A DNA stretch of 64,000 nt, taken from contig CAWCKY010000004.1 in NCBI GenBank assembly GCA_963796275.1, positions 672,001-736,000 of the forward strand. Direction: 5' to 3'. The position numbers and the translations under genes are program-made. The notes beneath the pieces are model-generated. The model did no database searches. It was not told where the DNA came from and worked only from the letters and a program-made list of their open reading frames with translations. Below, piece by piece: positions 10,773-21,210 of this stretch. Source of the stretch: an uncultured Acidobacteriota bacterium. GTDB taxonomy: Bacteria; Acidobacteriota; Blastocatellia; RBC074. Each line of letters starts with the position of its first letter. Position 1 is the stretch's first letter.

Positions 10773-13334
10773 CTACTCATACCCAATTGCCTCGACTACC
10801 TTTAGGTTCACCGCTTTCCGCGCTGGCCACCACGCAGCCAGCAGTGCGATCGCTAGCACAATCGGCGATGCGATAAGGACGATCGGTACCGGGAATGCGA
10901 AGGGGATCGTGTATCCCCCGATCATCGCCGAGGCCGTTCGCGTCAAAAAGTAGGTGTTGAAGGCGCCCGCGATAGCCCCGGTCACTATCCCGATTACGGC
11001 GATCACCACGGCTTCGAGCAGGATCATCTTGCGCAACTGGCCGCGCAATCCGCCGATCGCGCGGATCACACCAAGCTCGCGTTTACGCTCGGCGGTCGAG
11101 ATGATTAGGGCGTTGACAATGCCTAACGCGGCAGTGAAGATCGCGACTAGCATCTGCATATGCATCATAGCGAAAAACTGGTCGAGCAATCTCAATATCC
11201 ACGCGCGCCATTCCTCCTGCGTGTAAATGAACGCGCGTTGACTCCCATTGAGTGCGCGCTGCAACTCGCTCTTGAACGTGAGGCGCTCGATGCCCGTCTC
11301 AAGGTTGATGTTGATGATGTCTATCGCCGCGTCGTTCCAATATCGCTTGTAGAGGTCGCGATCAAGAAAGATCGTGCCCTTCTCGGAGGAGTAATCTTCG
11401 ATGACGCCGACGATGGGGCGATCGAACGACTCGGTCGGGGTTTGTAATCTGATGCGGTCGCCCACCCACAGGCCGTAGCGTGTGGCGAAATTGTGCGCGA
11501 CCAACACGCCTTCACCTTTCGTTGTCTGCTCGCGGGCGGTCGCCATGTCGGCGCCCTGGATTTCGAGCCTCATACGCGCGAACCATCCGTCAAACTCCAG
11601 CGCGACGAGCGCAATCGAATCATCCGCGTATGGTAGAAAAGTGAAGCGGACGCTTTCGGTACGTTTAACGCCCGGCAACGCCGCTATCTTACGTGCCAAC
11701 GCTTCATCGAAATGCCAAGTCCTGGATCGCGCGCTTTCGGTCGTGGTCACCACCAGATCGGCGTTGACCGCACGTCTCAGCCATCGATCGAAGACCTCTC
11801 TCTCACTCTCTATGTAAGCAGCAGTGGCGAAGACTGACATCAACCCGATCATCAGCGCGCCGACCGTCGCCGAAGTCCGGCGCGGCGCCTGTATCATCGA
11901 ATCCACCGCCAGAGCGCCCTCCGCACCGAAGAGTCGATCCATCAAGGGCCGCAATGCTCGCGCCGTCAATTCCGACAGCTTCGGCAGCATGGCGACCATT
12001 CCGAGAACGATCAGAACCGCGTAGGAGAATTGAATATAGAGATCGGCGCGTATCGGCGCGAACCGGATCAAGGCCAGGCCTGTCAATACCATCGCCGCGC
12101 CAGCGACCAGCCGCGCCGGCCCGAGCACCGATTCGCGCTGCCTGGTTTCGATGTTGTGCAGCGCCAGCACCGGATTGAGTTGCGCAGCAGCTCGCGCCGG
12201 CATCCACGCGGCGATAATCGAGGCCACCACGCCAAGCGTGAACGACAACATTGCGAAATCCCAGCGAAAGACTGGCGCCTGCCGCGTCGAGACCAGCCCG
12301 TATAGCTGACTTGCGACCGAGCCCATTACCAATTCGACAACCACCGAGAGCCAGAAGCCGAGCGCTATCCCGAGAGCGCTTCCGATCAACCCCATCACCG
12401 CCGCTTCGCTCAGAAACATTCGGCGAACGTTCTTACGCTCGACTCCGATGGCGCGGAGCACGCCGATCTCCTTCCAGCGTTGATTGACCGAGATGCTGAA
12501 TGTGTTGAAGATGATGAACATCCCGACTAGCAGCGCTAGCAGGCTGGTCACGGTCATTCCGATGTTCATCCCCTTGACGGCACTCTCAAGCCCCTGCTCG
12601 CGCGAGGACGGGCGTTCGATTGCCAAACCGGCGGGCAATCGCTCACGCAACCGCTGCCGTAACTCTTCGACTGACACGTCAGGCTCGTTCATCACATCGA
12701 TTCGATCGAAGTTTTCACCGCGTCCGAAAACGAATTGCGCATTTAAGACGTCCATCACAGCAATCTGACCACCGAAGACCTCGCCCATCCCCGACGGCTT
12801 GAAGACTCCGCCGATGGTGAAATCCTTCCTGCCCTGTGAGGTAAACAGAGGCAATCGATCGCCTTCTTTCAATCCGTGTTTTTCGGCGAACGCGCGAGAG
12901 ATGAGAATCGAATCGGGCTGAGTAAGCGCAAGGAGAGGATTACTGATCTCGCTGCTTGAATCATCGAATTGATATTCGCGCAACTCGCCGTCGCCCAGCA
13001 TATTTATGCCGACGATCAGCAGATTGCTTCCGTCTCCCAACGCCGTGTGGGCGATGACCTCGATGGCCGGCTCGGCTATCTTTACGCCCGGCGTGTCCTT
13101 CACCTTCTCCCAGACGCTTGCGGGAAAGCCCGCTTCGCCACCCGATATTTGCAGCGTTGCCTTGCCAGCGATCTTTTCGATGGTGGTCGTCAGCGAATTG
13201 ATCAGCGTCACGTTGGCCGTGCGGACGGCGAAGAATACGGCCACGCCCAACGCGATGCCCAGGAGTGTCAAAAGAGTGCGGAGCGCGTGTTGTCGCCATT
13301 GTTTCCAGGTGATGTTCGCGAACGCTGAAATCAT
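10773..13334 (-). CDS. MacB/FtsX-family ABC transporter permease (duplicated domains)
   Basis: RTLLTLLGIALGVA, two EIGVLRAIG/ELGVIRAIG motifs, PARAAA/PARKA motifs. Confidence 0.92.
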   Translation of the reverse strand: MISAFANITWKQWRQHALRTLLTLLGIALGVAVFFAVRTANVTLINSLTTTIEKIAGKATLQISGGEAGFPASVWEKVKDTPGVKIAEPAIEVIAHTALGDGSNLLIVGINMLGDGELREYQFDDSSSEISNPLLALTQPDSILISRAFAEKHGLKEGDRLPLFTSQGRKDFTIGGVFKPSGMGEVFGGQIAVMDVLNAQFVFGRGENFDRIDVMNEPDVSVEELRQRLRERLPAGLAIERPSSREQGLESAVKGMNIGMTVTSLLALLVGMFIIFNTFSISVNQRWKEIGVLRAIGVERKNVRRMFLSEAAVMGLIGSALGIALGFWLSVVVELVMGSVASQLYGLVSTRQAPVFRWDFAMLSFTLGVVASIIAAWMPARAAAQLNPVLALHNIETRQRESVLGPARLVAGAAMVLTGLALIRFAPIRADLYIQFSYAVLIVLGMVAMLPKLSELTARALRPLMDRLFGAEGALAVDSMIQAPRRTSATVGALMIGLMSVFATAAYIESEREVFDRWLRRAVNADLVVTTTESARSRTWHFDEALARKIAALPGVKRTESVRFTFLPYADDSIALVALEFDGWFARMRLEIQGADMATAREQTTKGEGVLVAHNFATRYGLWVGDRIRLQTPTESFDRPIVGVIEDYSSEKGTIFLDRDLYKRYWNDAAIDIININLETGIERLTFKSELQRALNGSQRAFIYTQEEWRAWILRLLDQFFAMMHMQMLVAIFTAALGIVNALIISTAERKRELGVIRAIGGLRGQLRKMILLEAVVIAVIGIVTGAIAGAFNTYFLTRTASAMIGGYTIPFAFPVPIVLIASPIVLAIALLAAWWPARKAVNLKVVEAIGYE

Positions 13335-14041
13335 TTGGCCGCCTCCGCTGAGAGGCTCGCGCGATCCTCATTTACTACCCGGCCGTCGCGCAATCGCAAG
13401 ACGCGGTCGCAATGCGCGGCGGCCTCTTCGTTATGCGTGACCATAAGGATCGTAGTATTAAATTCACCATGAAGATCGTCGAGCAACCCCAATATCTCCT
13501 CGCCGGTCTTCGAATCGAGGTTACCCGTAGGTTCGTCGGCCAGCAGGATCGGCGGTTGGAAGATCAATGCTCGCGCGATTGCGATTCGCTGCCGCTCACC
13601 GCCCGACAATTCATCGGGGCGATGCATGATGCGTCCGCCCAATCCGACTCTCTCGATCATTGCTTTGGCGCGCTGATCAGCTTCTCGACGCGACTGCCCC
13701 TGAAGTCTGAGAGGAAGCGAGATGTTTTCAAGTGCTGTCAGTGTTGGCAGCAGGTTGAACGTCTGAAAGACCATTCCGATCTTTTCGCGGCGCAATCTGG
13801 TCCGCGCATCGTCATCGAGCAAAGCGATATTCACCCCTTCAATATTGACCGCGCCAGACGTCAGATCGTCCAGACCGCAGATCAGATTGAGCAGCGTCGA
13901 TTTGCCCGACCCCGACGGCCCCATCACCGCGATGCGTTCGCCGCGATCAATCTTGAGGCTCACGTTGTCGAGAGCGCGCACGCCCTTGGCGTCGTCGTAA
14001 TAGCGAGAGACTTTTTCGAGTTGAATCATAACATCTATCAT
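13331..14041 (-). CDS. LolD/MacB-type ABC ATP-binding protein
   Basis: Walker A GPSGSGKS, LSGGERQR signature, LLADEPTGNLD, H-loop VTHN; ATGA overlap with the permease. Confidence 0.96.
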   Translation of the reverse strand: MIDVMIQLEKVSRYYDDAKGVRALDNVSLKIDRGERIAVMGPSGSGKSTLLNLICGLDDLTSGAVNIEGVNIALLDDDARTRLRREKIGMVFQTFNLLPTLTALENISLPLRLQGQSRREADQRAKAMIERVGLGGRIMHRPDELSGGERQRIAIARALIFQPPILLADEPTGNLDSKTGEEILGLLDDLHGEFNTTILMVTHNEEAAAHCDRVLRLRDGRVVNEDRASLSAEAAK

Positions 14042-14578
14042 AAATTAAACACTGGCGCTTCCAAATGCCGATGGTTGGCTACTCTGACGTTGACCAGATT
14101 GATTCCTTATCTCTTTAGGAACTGGAGAACGACCGGCGCGGTTCGCTTCCCCAGATCGAATCAATAACCGGTACGTTGCACAAGTTCCGTCACATTTATC
14201 CCAATCGATTGCTTGAAAACGGTTGCGACACCGTCACACTGCAACATCGGCCATGGCATCTATTGGCACAAATTCGCTTAATACTCATTCTGTATAAATT
14301 CGCCCGTTTTCATAAATTCTCCCTGTCAATTTGATAAGCGCCATTGAATGGATTGAATCAATTGGTTTATAAAGCAAAAGTCATTCCGTGTGGAGTCTGC
14401 GAAATTAGAAAGCCCGTCGCGGGCGTTTTGAAGGCTCCAATTGGGAAACGCCTATTTATATCCCCTTCCCCCGAGGGTGGCGGCCCCTCTGGCAATCAAA
14501 TCATCGTTCGTAAGACATCGGCGCGGCTTTCTCGGTATGGCGCGGTGATGTTCACTGTCCTTAAGCAGAGGAGGAACC

Positions 14579-15613
14579 ATGGTTCAACAATTCCTGCGCG
14601 GGCGAATCAAGTCGAGTTATCGATGGCTGACCGCCGTCGCGCTCTTTTTGACTGTGAGCTTTCACTGTGCCGATGCGCGGACGCCGCGCGAACGCAGCTT
14701 TTCTTTCGAGTACGTAGCGGCCGTGAAGAATATCCCGGCGGGCGCCAAAGTGCTGGAGCTTTGGCTGCCTATCCCACACAACGACCCTTACCAGGCGATT
14801 GCAGACCTTCGTATCGAATCGTCACAACCTTACCGGATGCACTCGGCACAGTACGGCAATAAAATGCTGAATATCGAAGTGAAAGACCCTCAGCCGGCCG
14901 GCTTCACCGTCACCCTCAGCTTCAAGGCCACGCGCCGGGAGCACATCAACCCTCTCGTTGGTCAGAGCCATCCAACCGCTTCGCCGAATGAAGAGACTGA
15001 CCGCGACATGGCCAGGTGGCTTCAACCGGACCGTCTGGTGCCTCTCGATGACAAGATCAAAAATTGGGCGGTGGAAGTAGTCGAAGCAGCGCAGGCCAAG
15101 ACCGATTTGGAAAAGACTCGAGCCATCTATCAGCACATCGTTGCGACGGTGAAGTATGACAAGTCCGGGCAAGGTTGGGGACGCGGGGACATTTACTATG
15201 CCTGCGACGCCCGGCGAGGTAACTGCACCGATTTTCATGCGATCTTCATTGGTTATTGCCGAGCGTTGGGTATTCCGGCGCGCTTTGCCATCGGCTTTCC
15301 TTTGCCGTCGGAACGCGGGGCCGGCGAGATCAGCGGTTATCACTGCTGGGCGGAGTATTACGTGAAAGGCCTGGGATGGGTCCCCGTTGACGCTTCAGAA
15401 GCGGCGAAAGACCCCCAACGGCGAGACTATTTCTTCGGAGCGCACGACGAAAACCGCATTGAATTCACGCGCGGGCGCGACCTCACACTCACCCCCAAAC
15501 AGAAAGGCGACGCGCTCAATTATTTCATCTACCCGTACGCTGAGGTAGATGGGAAGCCCTTCTCCGGTGTCGATCGAATCTTCAAATATCGTGATCTGAG
15601 GCAGACACAATAA
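14579..15613 (+). CDS. exported transglutaminase-like (Cys-His-Asp) protein
   Basis: GNCTDFH, YHCWAEYY, GWVPVD triad motifs; hydrophobic leader; GAGGAGG RBS. Confidence 0.88.
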   Translation: MVQQFLRGRIKSSYRWLTAVALFLTVSFHCADARTPRERSFSFEYVAAVKNIPAGAKVLELWLPIPHNDPYQAIADLRIESSQPYRMHSAQYGNKMLNIEVKDPQPAGFTVTLSFKATRREHINPLVGQSHPTASPNEETDRDMARWLQPDRLVPLDDKIKNWAVEVVEAAQAKTDLEKTRAIYQHIVATVKYDKSGQGWGRGDIYYACDARRGNCTDFHAIFIGYCRALGIPARFAIGFPLPSERGAGEISGYHCWAEYYVKGLGWVPVDASEAAKDPQRRDYFFGAHDENRIEFTRGRDLTLTPKQKGDALNYFIYPYAEVDGKPFSGVDRIFKYRDLRQTQ

Positions 15614-15673
15614 GCTCGCTCTGTTTACTCAGTGCCGACATATGTCTCCTCCTCAGATTTGGCTATCCTGTGA

Positions 15674-16372
15674 TTATGGTTTTGCGACGGACTCTAACGC
15701 TTTAGCTAGTAGCTCCGTCTTGAAACCAAATGGACCGGCCTCACTTTTGAAAGCTATCTGCCCGCGACTGTCTATAAGGTAAAGCCTATCCGGCCAGGCG
15801 GTGTAAGCGACCTCCGTCTTATTATCTATAGTGTCGACTAACGCCGGAAATTCTATGCCCAGTTTGGTTGAGCATGTGTCAGCTAAATTCAAGCGCTCAT
15901 CATAGTCCTTCGGATAGTCATACACTACCTTCTCCTTCTCGTTCACTTCCATTTGCCACCCATCGCCGGCATGCGCTTCTTGAATGTACACCAGATAGAA
16001 TTCCACCTGATTTCTATACTGCTGATAGAGTTGGTTGAGAGCGGGAACCTCCCGCCGAAATGGCGGTCAAGTATAGCTACCAAAAACTAATACGACCGGC
16101 TTTTTACCCCTGAAGGCAGAAAGCTGTACTCTTGATTGCCGGTCAAATGTTTCCAAAGAGAAATCGGGAGCGATGTCCCCAGCCTGCAGACTGCCTTTTC
16201 TGGCCGATAACCACATCTTCCTGAAAGGGAAGATCGGGAAAACGACGTTGGATGTTTTAGACATGATCCCGCTAAAAACTTCCGGGCTCTGGCACATCGC
16301 AATGTAGAATCCAACGAACAAGAGCGGATATAACAGCAACAAGGGGAAGGTAATTTTCAATACTCGTCGCAT
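15674..16372 (-). CDS. iodothyronine deiodinase-like selenoprotein (232 aa, Sec at UGA 16069-16067), N-terminal membrane anchor
   Basis: ORFs 16067..16372 and 15674..16006 are in the same frame and join as VLVFGSYT-UGA-PPFRREVPALNQLYQQYRNQVEFYLVYIQEAHAGDGW; APDF, YTAWPDRLY and GPFGF motifs also present. Confidence 0.92.
16041..16066 (-). promoter_or_regulatory. bacterial SECIS-like element
   Basis: UGA, 11-nt spacer CCGCCAUUUCG, then GCGGGA-GGU-UCCCGC perfect stem with GU in the loop; same geometry as the E. coli fdhF SECIS. Confidence 0.75.
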
Positions 16373-16522
16373 ATACTCCTCCCAATTGATTAATAACCGA
16401 CCAGCGGACGCGAGCGATACCGCTCCATCAAGCCGCGCAGCTTCTCATCAGCTTCTTCCTATTAACTCATCCCTGCCGCTACGCGGCAATTCGGCATGGG
16501 CGTTAAACGACCAGACTGAATG

Positions 16523-17809
16523 TCAATAGTTCTTTAGCTGGCGGAGTCCCTCGTAACTCTTGCCATACGTCTCCTGGTAAGTCTTGATCGCTTCGTCTTC
16601 GGAAGGCAGGCGCAGCCCGTCGGTGAAGCGGTTCATATACGCGAAATTGCCGCATTGCAGCAACACTTCCAATGCGCCCTGTTCTTTGAATTCGGCGACC
16701 AGCGCCGCGTAATCGCTCTTCGTCAGTTTCGCCGGCTCGCGCGTGATCTTACGAGCGAAGGTAACCGCCGTCAGTTCGCGCCGAGTCAGCGCTGAATCGT
16801 CTTTCGCCATCGCCATCAGCTTCGACGGATCAACGCCGAGCCGTCGCAGCCCCAAGACCTGATGCAGTGTGCAGTAGCGGCAGCCGTTCGCCATTGAAAT
16901 GGCGAACGAGACGTGCAACTTGATTTCGCGGCTGACGCTCTCGTATTTACGCGTCGTCGTCGTGTAGGCCCGCCACAGGCGACTGATCCCGGGCACCAGT
17001 AAAAACGCGCGCTGCGAATTGGCGATGCCGATATTCCAGTTGTTGGTTGGTGTTTTCGCCCCATTCAATGTCTCGGTAACTGCATTCATTTGATCGTCGG
17101 AGACAAGCGCCACGCGCGCGGGCAGCGGTTCAAATTTTGCCGGAGCGACCTGCGCGACGGGTTCCTTCAAGGCCCATTTCTCGACGGGCAGGTTTGCGCC
17201 TTCACAGAAGCGGAGGAAGTAGTTGAAGAAACAGGTCGTCATCGTCAGTTCGACGATCTGCGAATCGTTGAAGAGAGAGCGCGTCTTTTGAAACTCCGCC
17301 TCGTTGACGCCATGAATGTCGCGGGTCAGCAATTCGGCGTAACTCACTGCCGCCCGTTCGCTCGCGGACATTGCCGCGAAGTCGTTCGCCTGCATCTGCG
17401 CGAGCAGCTTCTGCCCTTTCTCCGAGGCGCGCAGCAATCGCTGCAGATGAATAGCCGGATACGCGCTGCCATAGACCTGTGCGATGCGCAGTCCCATTGC
17501 CATTTTGGCCTCAGGGGCAATTGTGCCGCCGTAAAGATAGGCCTCGAATGCCGCGGCGAAAGGTTTCGCAGCGGCGGGAAGTAATGCCAGAGCCCGAACG
17601 TAATTCGGAATCCTGCCCGCCTCCAATACATCCGCGCCGTTGCAGATGTCGGAGTTTTCATCAGCCAGCGGGACGTTTGGTTGCGCGTTGAGCTTCTGTT
17701 TGGCAGTCTCATTGAGCGCCTCCAGAGAGGTCAGTGAATCTTTCTCCTTCGCGAATGAGGTTGCAAACGATGCAGCGATGATAAGCAATGAGGTGATTAA
17801 GAGTTTCAT
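16523..17809 (-). CDS. exported protein with tandem AhpD/carboxymuconolactone decarboxylase-like domains
   Basis: Signal peptide; two CMD-like repeats; second has ISMANGCRYCTLH (CxxC..H), first has YGSAYPAIH without the cysteines. Confidence 0.85.
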   Translation of the reverse strand: MKLLITSLLIIAASFATSFAKEKDSLTSLEALNETAKQKLNAQPNVPLADENSDICNGADVLEAGRIPNYVRALALLPAAAKPFAAAFEAYLYGGTIAPEAKMAMGLRIAQVYGSAYPAIHLQRLLRASEKGQKLLAQMQANDFAAMSASERAAVSYAELLTRDIHGVNEAEFQKTRSLFNDSQIVELTMTTCFFNYFLRFCEGANLPVEKWALKEPVAQVAPAKFEPLPARVALVSDDQMNAVTETLNGAKTPTNNWNIGIANSQRAFLLVPGISRLWRAYTTTTRKYESVSREIKLHVSFAISMANGCRYCTLHQVLGLRRLGVDPSKLMAMAKDDSALTRRELTAVTFARKITREPAKLTKSDYAALVAEFKEQGALEVLLQCGNFAYMNRFTDGLRLPSEDEAIKTYQETYGKSYEGLRQLKNY

Positions 17810-17875
17810 AAATCTCCAGGGATGGTTATCTACGGCAGCCTCCCCAGACTGCCATACAGGTAATTGAACCCCGCT

Positions 17876-20800
17876 TCAAAAAATAAACCGTGCGCCAATT
17901 TGCAGCGTGCGCGCTTCGAACGCCTGCGTCGACTTGCCGAAATTGCCCAATGAGAGATCAGCGTTCGGCAGGTAGAGATTCACGTTGTTGAACGCATTGA
18001 ACGCCTCAAAACGAAGCTGGATTTGCTTGCCTTCCAGCACCGTAAAGCTGCGCGCGAGCGACAGATCCACGGTTGAATAGTTCGGCCCGCGGAACGTGTT
18101 TCGGCCGAGCGTGCCGGACTGCCCGGGCGCCGGAGCCGGAAAAGCCCCGGCGGGAAATAGCCCGTCGAGAAAGTCTTTCTTCTCGGGCGACGTCTTGATT
18201 GCGCCAGACGCCGATGCGTTCGGGCGGTCATAAAAACCGCCGCCGACCGCGCCGCCGCCGCCATCGCGGTTGTAATCGCCGCCTGCGGTCGAAGCCGCTC
18301 CGTTCCAGACCGAAAACGGTCGACCCGATTGCATCGTGAAGATTGTCGCCAGCTGCCAGCCGTTGACCGCATAAGATATCCATTTGTTTCCGGTCGTCCA
18401 TGACGGCAGCCATAACAATTGCCCCGAGAAGCGATGTGGGATGTCGAAAAGCGAAGGCCCCCGCTCGCAACCCAAACAATCTATATCGACCGCGCCTTTG
18501 CCGGGCTCGGAGTTGTCGGCGAATTGTCCCGTCGAAGTATCGGACGATGTGTCCAACCATTTCGACCGGCGGTAATTCGCCTGCAGCGAAAACCGCTGCG
18601 AGAGATTACGGCGCACTTCCAGGGTCATCGCGTGATAGATCGAATTCACGCCGTTCGTCACAAACAGCAATGTGCTGAAGTTCGGATTGATGCGGTCTTC
18701 CTTGCCGTCGAGCAGATCGCCCGCAAAACGATTGACATCATCGATGCGCTCCAGGTTGACGCCTCTCGTCCCGGTGTATCCGGCTTCGACGACCAGACCA
18801 TCCAATACCTCGCGTTGCAGGTTTACAAACCAGCTCTCGCTGTATTGCGTTTTGATCGTCGGGTTGACGACGAAACCCGTGGGGCGAATAGCGTTCTGCC
18901 CCGGAGGCGTATTGACGCCTCCCTGCGCGTTCAGGCCGCGCCCGAAGTCCGGATTGTACGGCACCGGAATGCCATACAGGATCGTCGTGCCGATCTTATT
19001 GGAAGGCTGCACGACCCCCTGCAACGCATCGGGCGGGAGGGCCCGCGCGCCGGAGATCGATTGGCCGTGATGCGGTTGATACGCGAGGCTGAAGCCCGCG
19101 CGAATCGCCGATTTGCCATCGCCGAAAGGGTCGTAAGCGAGACCGATGCGCGGAGAGAAATTCGTCTTTTCAGGTGTGTAGAGCCGGTCAACGCGAGTCA
19201 GGCTGGCGTTGGCCAATCGTTCGCGGAAGCTGTCGCCCGGGCCGTAGACGATGGAAGACAACCTGCCTTCGCGTTCGCTCGCGTCGCCGAAGTAATCGTG
19301 GCGCAGGCCCAGATTCAGATTGAGTTTTGACGTGACCTTCCAATCGTCCTGAAAGAAAAAGGCGGTCTCGACCTGGGTGAAGTAACGCGGAAAGTTCGTC
19401 CGCTCGCCGGTGTTCGGGTTGACCGTCAGGGTTTGACGAAAGGGCTGATCGGCGATGAAGCTGGCGATGCTCGTGAAGGTATATGTTCCCGCGTCCGGAT
19501 CCGCGATGGATAGCCCTTTGAACAGACGGCGAAATTCTCCGCCTACGCGCAGCACGTGCCGCCCTCGATCCAGCGTCATCACGTCGCGCAATTCGTAGGT
19601 GCGAATCTTCGTCGCCGAGTTGAAGAAATCTCCCCAGCCGGCCGTGAAGCCCGTCGCCGTAATCTGCGGAACGACGGCATCGTCATTGCCGCGATTGGTG
19701 TAGATGGTTTGAAACGCGAATCGCGCGTCGTTGACGGCGCGCGTGAAGACTTTGGTATAGCCCAGATTGGTGTTCGAAAACCTCCCCTCAAATCCGCCTT
19801 TCATTCCACGCATCACGCGGCCCAGCCCTGACTGGTTGACGCTGCCGCTGGTCGCGCCGCTGTCGTCGGCCTGATCTTCAAAAATATAGCGCCCGTAAAT
19901 TTTGTCTTTGCCCTCGTTGAACGAATGATCCACACGCCCCAAAAACTGGCTGTAGCGAACGTAATCACTGATCGTCGTGAAGAGCGTTCCGTTCGTCGGG
20001 ATGAGTTGTCCGTTACCGATATTCAGGCAGTCGTTGTTGGCGACCGCGCAAGCGCCGACTCGCTGCGGCGCGGGCGCGCTATATTGGGTCAGCAGTCGAT
20101 TGGCTATGCTGTTCGGAGCGGTACGACTGACATATTCGCGCAGTTGCGGAGTTTCGACCTGAAAGGACGCCGGGCGACCCGCGGCGTTGCGCGTGCCTTC
20201 ATAACTGCCGAAGAAAAAGGTCTTATCCTTGAGGATCGGCCCGCCCATATTGCCGCCGAACTGATTGAAAACCAGCGGAGGAGTGCCCGTCGCAAAAAAG
20301 TTGCGCGCGTTGAGTGCCGCATTGCGATGGAATTCCCACAGGCGACCATGGAATTGATTCGTCCCGGATTTCGTTCGCAGGTTGATGACGGCCCCGTTGC
20401 CGCGCCCAAACTCGCTGGAAAAATTGTTGGTCTGGATCTGCGCTTCCTCTATCGCCTCGATACTCGGCACGATCGCAGGTTCGCCGGAATTGTTCGAGTT
20501 AGAGTTCATCGCTCCGTCCAGCACGTAGTTATTGCCGCGATAGCGATTGCCGTTGACCGTCACAACCGGCGAATTGGTGAGCTTCGTCGAGTTCGCCGCG
20601 CCGGGAATAAACGTTGCGCCGGAGCTGAGTTTCGGGAGCGCGTATACGTCGCGCTGCGGAATCGGCAACTCGGAGACTTTCTTCTGATCCAGCGTATCCG
20701 CGACGCGCCCTTCCGTGGCGATCTGTAACTGCGTTGTCCCCGCCTCGATGTTGATGACCTCTTCCACATCTCCGACGCTCAATTGAATCTTTAACTCCGC

Positions 20801-21112
20801 CATCTGCCCGACGTTGAGCTTGAGATTCTTGTGCGAGAAGGCTTTGAAGCCGTTCGTTTTCAACGATACGGCGTAGCTGCCGGATGGCAATCCTGCAATT
20901 GTGGCCTGGCCGTTGTTGTCCGTGACAGCCGTTCGCTTAATGCCGGTCTCTTCGTTTGTGACCTCAACCGAAGCCCCGGTGACGGAATTGCCCTGTATAT
21001 CAGCCACACTCAATTTGAGTGTCGCATCTGTGACCTGGGCGATAGTTGCGGGCGAGAGCAGAGCCAAAAGCAATGCAAAGAGAAAAATATGACTTGGGGG
21101 AAGCAGTTTCAT
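17876..21112 (-). CDS. Oar-like TonB-dependent receptor with carboxypeptidase-regulatory-like N-domain
   Basis: Signal peptide, VTNEETG, PSIEAIEE, TKSGTNQFHG, QDDWKVT..LNLGLR, PRIGLAYD, LRFEAFNAFN, terminal RFIF. Confidence 0.94.
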   Translation of the reverse strand: MKLLPPSHIFLFALLLALLSPATIAQVTDATLKLSVADIQGNSVTGASVEVTNEETGIKRTAVTDNNGQATIAGLPSGSYAVSLKTNGFKAFSHKNLKLNVGQMAELKIQLSVGDVEEVINIEAGTTQLQIATEGRVADTLDQKKVSELPIPQRDVYALPKLSSGATFIPGAANSTKLTNSPVVTVNGNRYRGNNYVLDGAMNSNSNNSGEPAIVPSIEAIEEAQIQTNNFSSEFGRGNGAVINLRTKSGTNQFHGRLWEFHRNAALNARNFFATGTPPLVFNQFGGNMGGPILKDKTFFFGSYEGTRNAAGRPASFQVETPQLREYVSRTAPNSIANRLLTQYSAPAPQRVGACAVANNDCLNIGNGQLIPTNGTLFTTISDYVRYSQFLGRVDHSFNEGKDKIYGRYIFEDQADDSGATSGSVNQSGLGRVMRGMKGGFEGRFSNTNLGYTKVFTRAVNDARFAFQTIYTNRGNDDAVVPQITATGFTAGWGDFFNSATKIRTYELRDVMTLDRGRHVLRVGGEFRRLFKGLSIADPDAGTYTFTSIASFIADQPFRQTLTVNPNTGERTNFPRYFTQVETAFFFQDDWKVTSKLNLNLGLRHDYFGDASEREGRLSSIVYGPGDSFRERLANASLTRVDRLYTPEKTNFSPRIGLAYDPFGDGKSAIRAGFSLAYQPHHGQSISGARALPPDALQGVVQPSNKIGTTILYGIPVPYNPDFGRGLNAQGGVNTPPGQNAIRPTGFVVNPTIKTQYSESWFVNLQREVLDGLVVEAGYTGTRGVNLERIDDVNRFAGDLLDGKEDRINPNFSTLLFVTNGVNSIYHAMTLEVRRNLSQRFSLQANYRRSKWLDTSSDTSTGQFADNSEPGKGAVDIDCLGCERGPSLFDIPHRFSGQLLWLPSWTTGNKWISYAVNGWQLATIFTMQSGRPFSVWNGAASTAGGDYNRDGGGGAVGGGFYDRPNASASGAIKTSPEKKDFLDGLFPAGAFPAPAPGQSGTLGRNTFRGPNYSTVDLSLARSFTVLEGKQIQLRFEAFNAFNNVNLYLPNADLSLGNFGKSTQAFEARTLQIGARFIF

Positions 21113-21210
21113 GTTCTATCTACCGATTCAATGTTGTCGTTTATCGTTGAATACCACTTAGTTGGTTAGGATAGGATTTCCCTTTGTGGAAACTTTACGG
21201 CTGGTTCATT

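Noticed and set aside
14254-14280. TGGCATCTATTGGCA and TGGCACAAATTCGCT as sigma54 promoters
   Set aside because: GG-to-GC spacing is 9 nt, not the required 10.
16067-16069. UGA as a nonsense mutation or Trp recoding
   Set aside because: It falls exactly on the deiodinase catalytic position with a SECIS-like hairpin, and other genes in the window use UGA as a normal stop.
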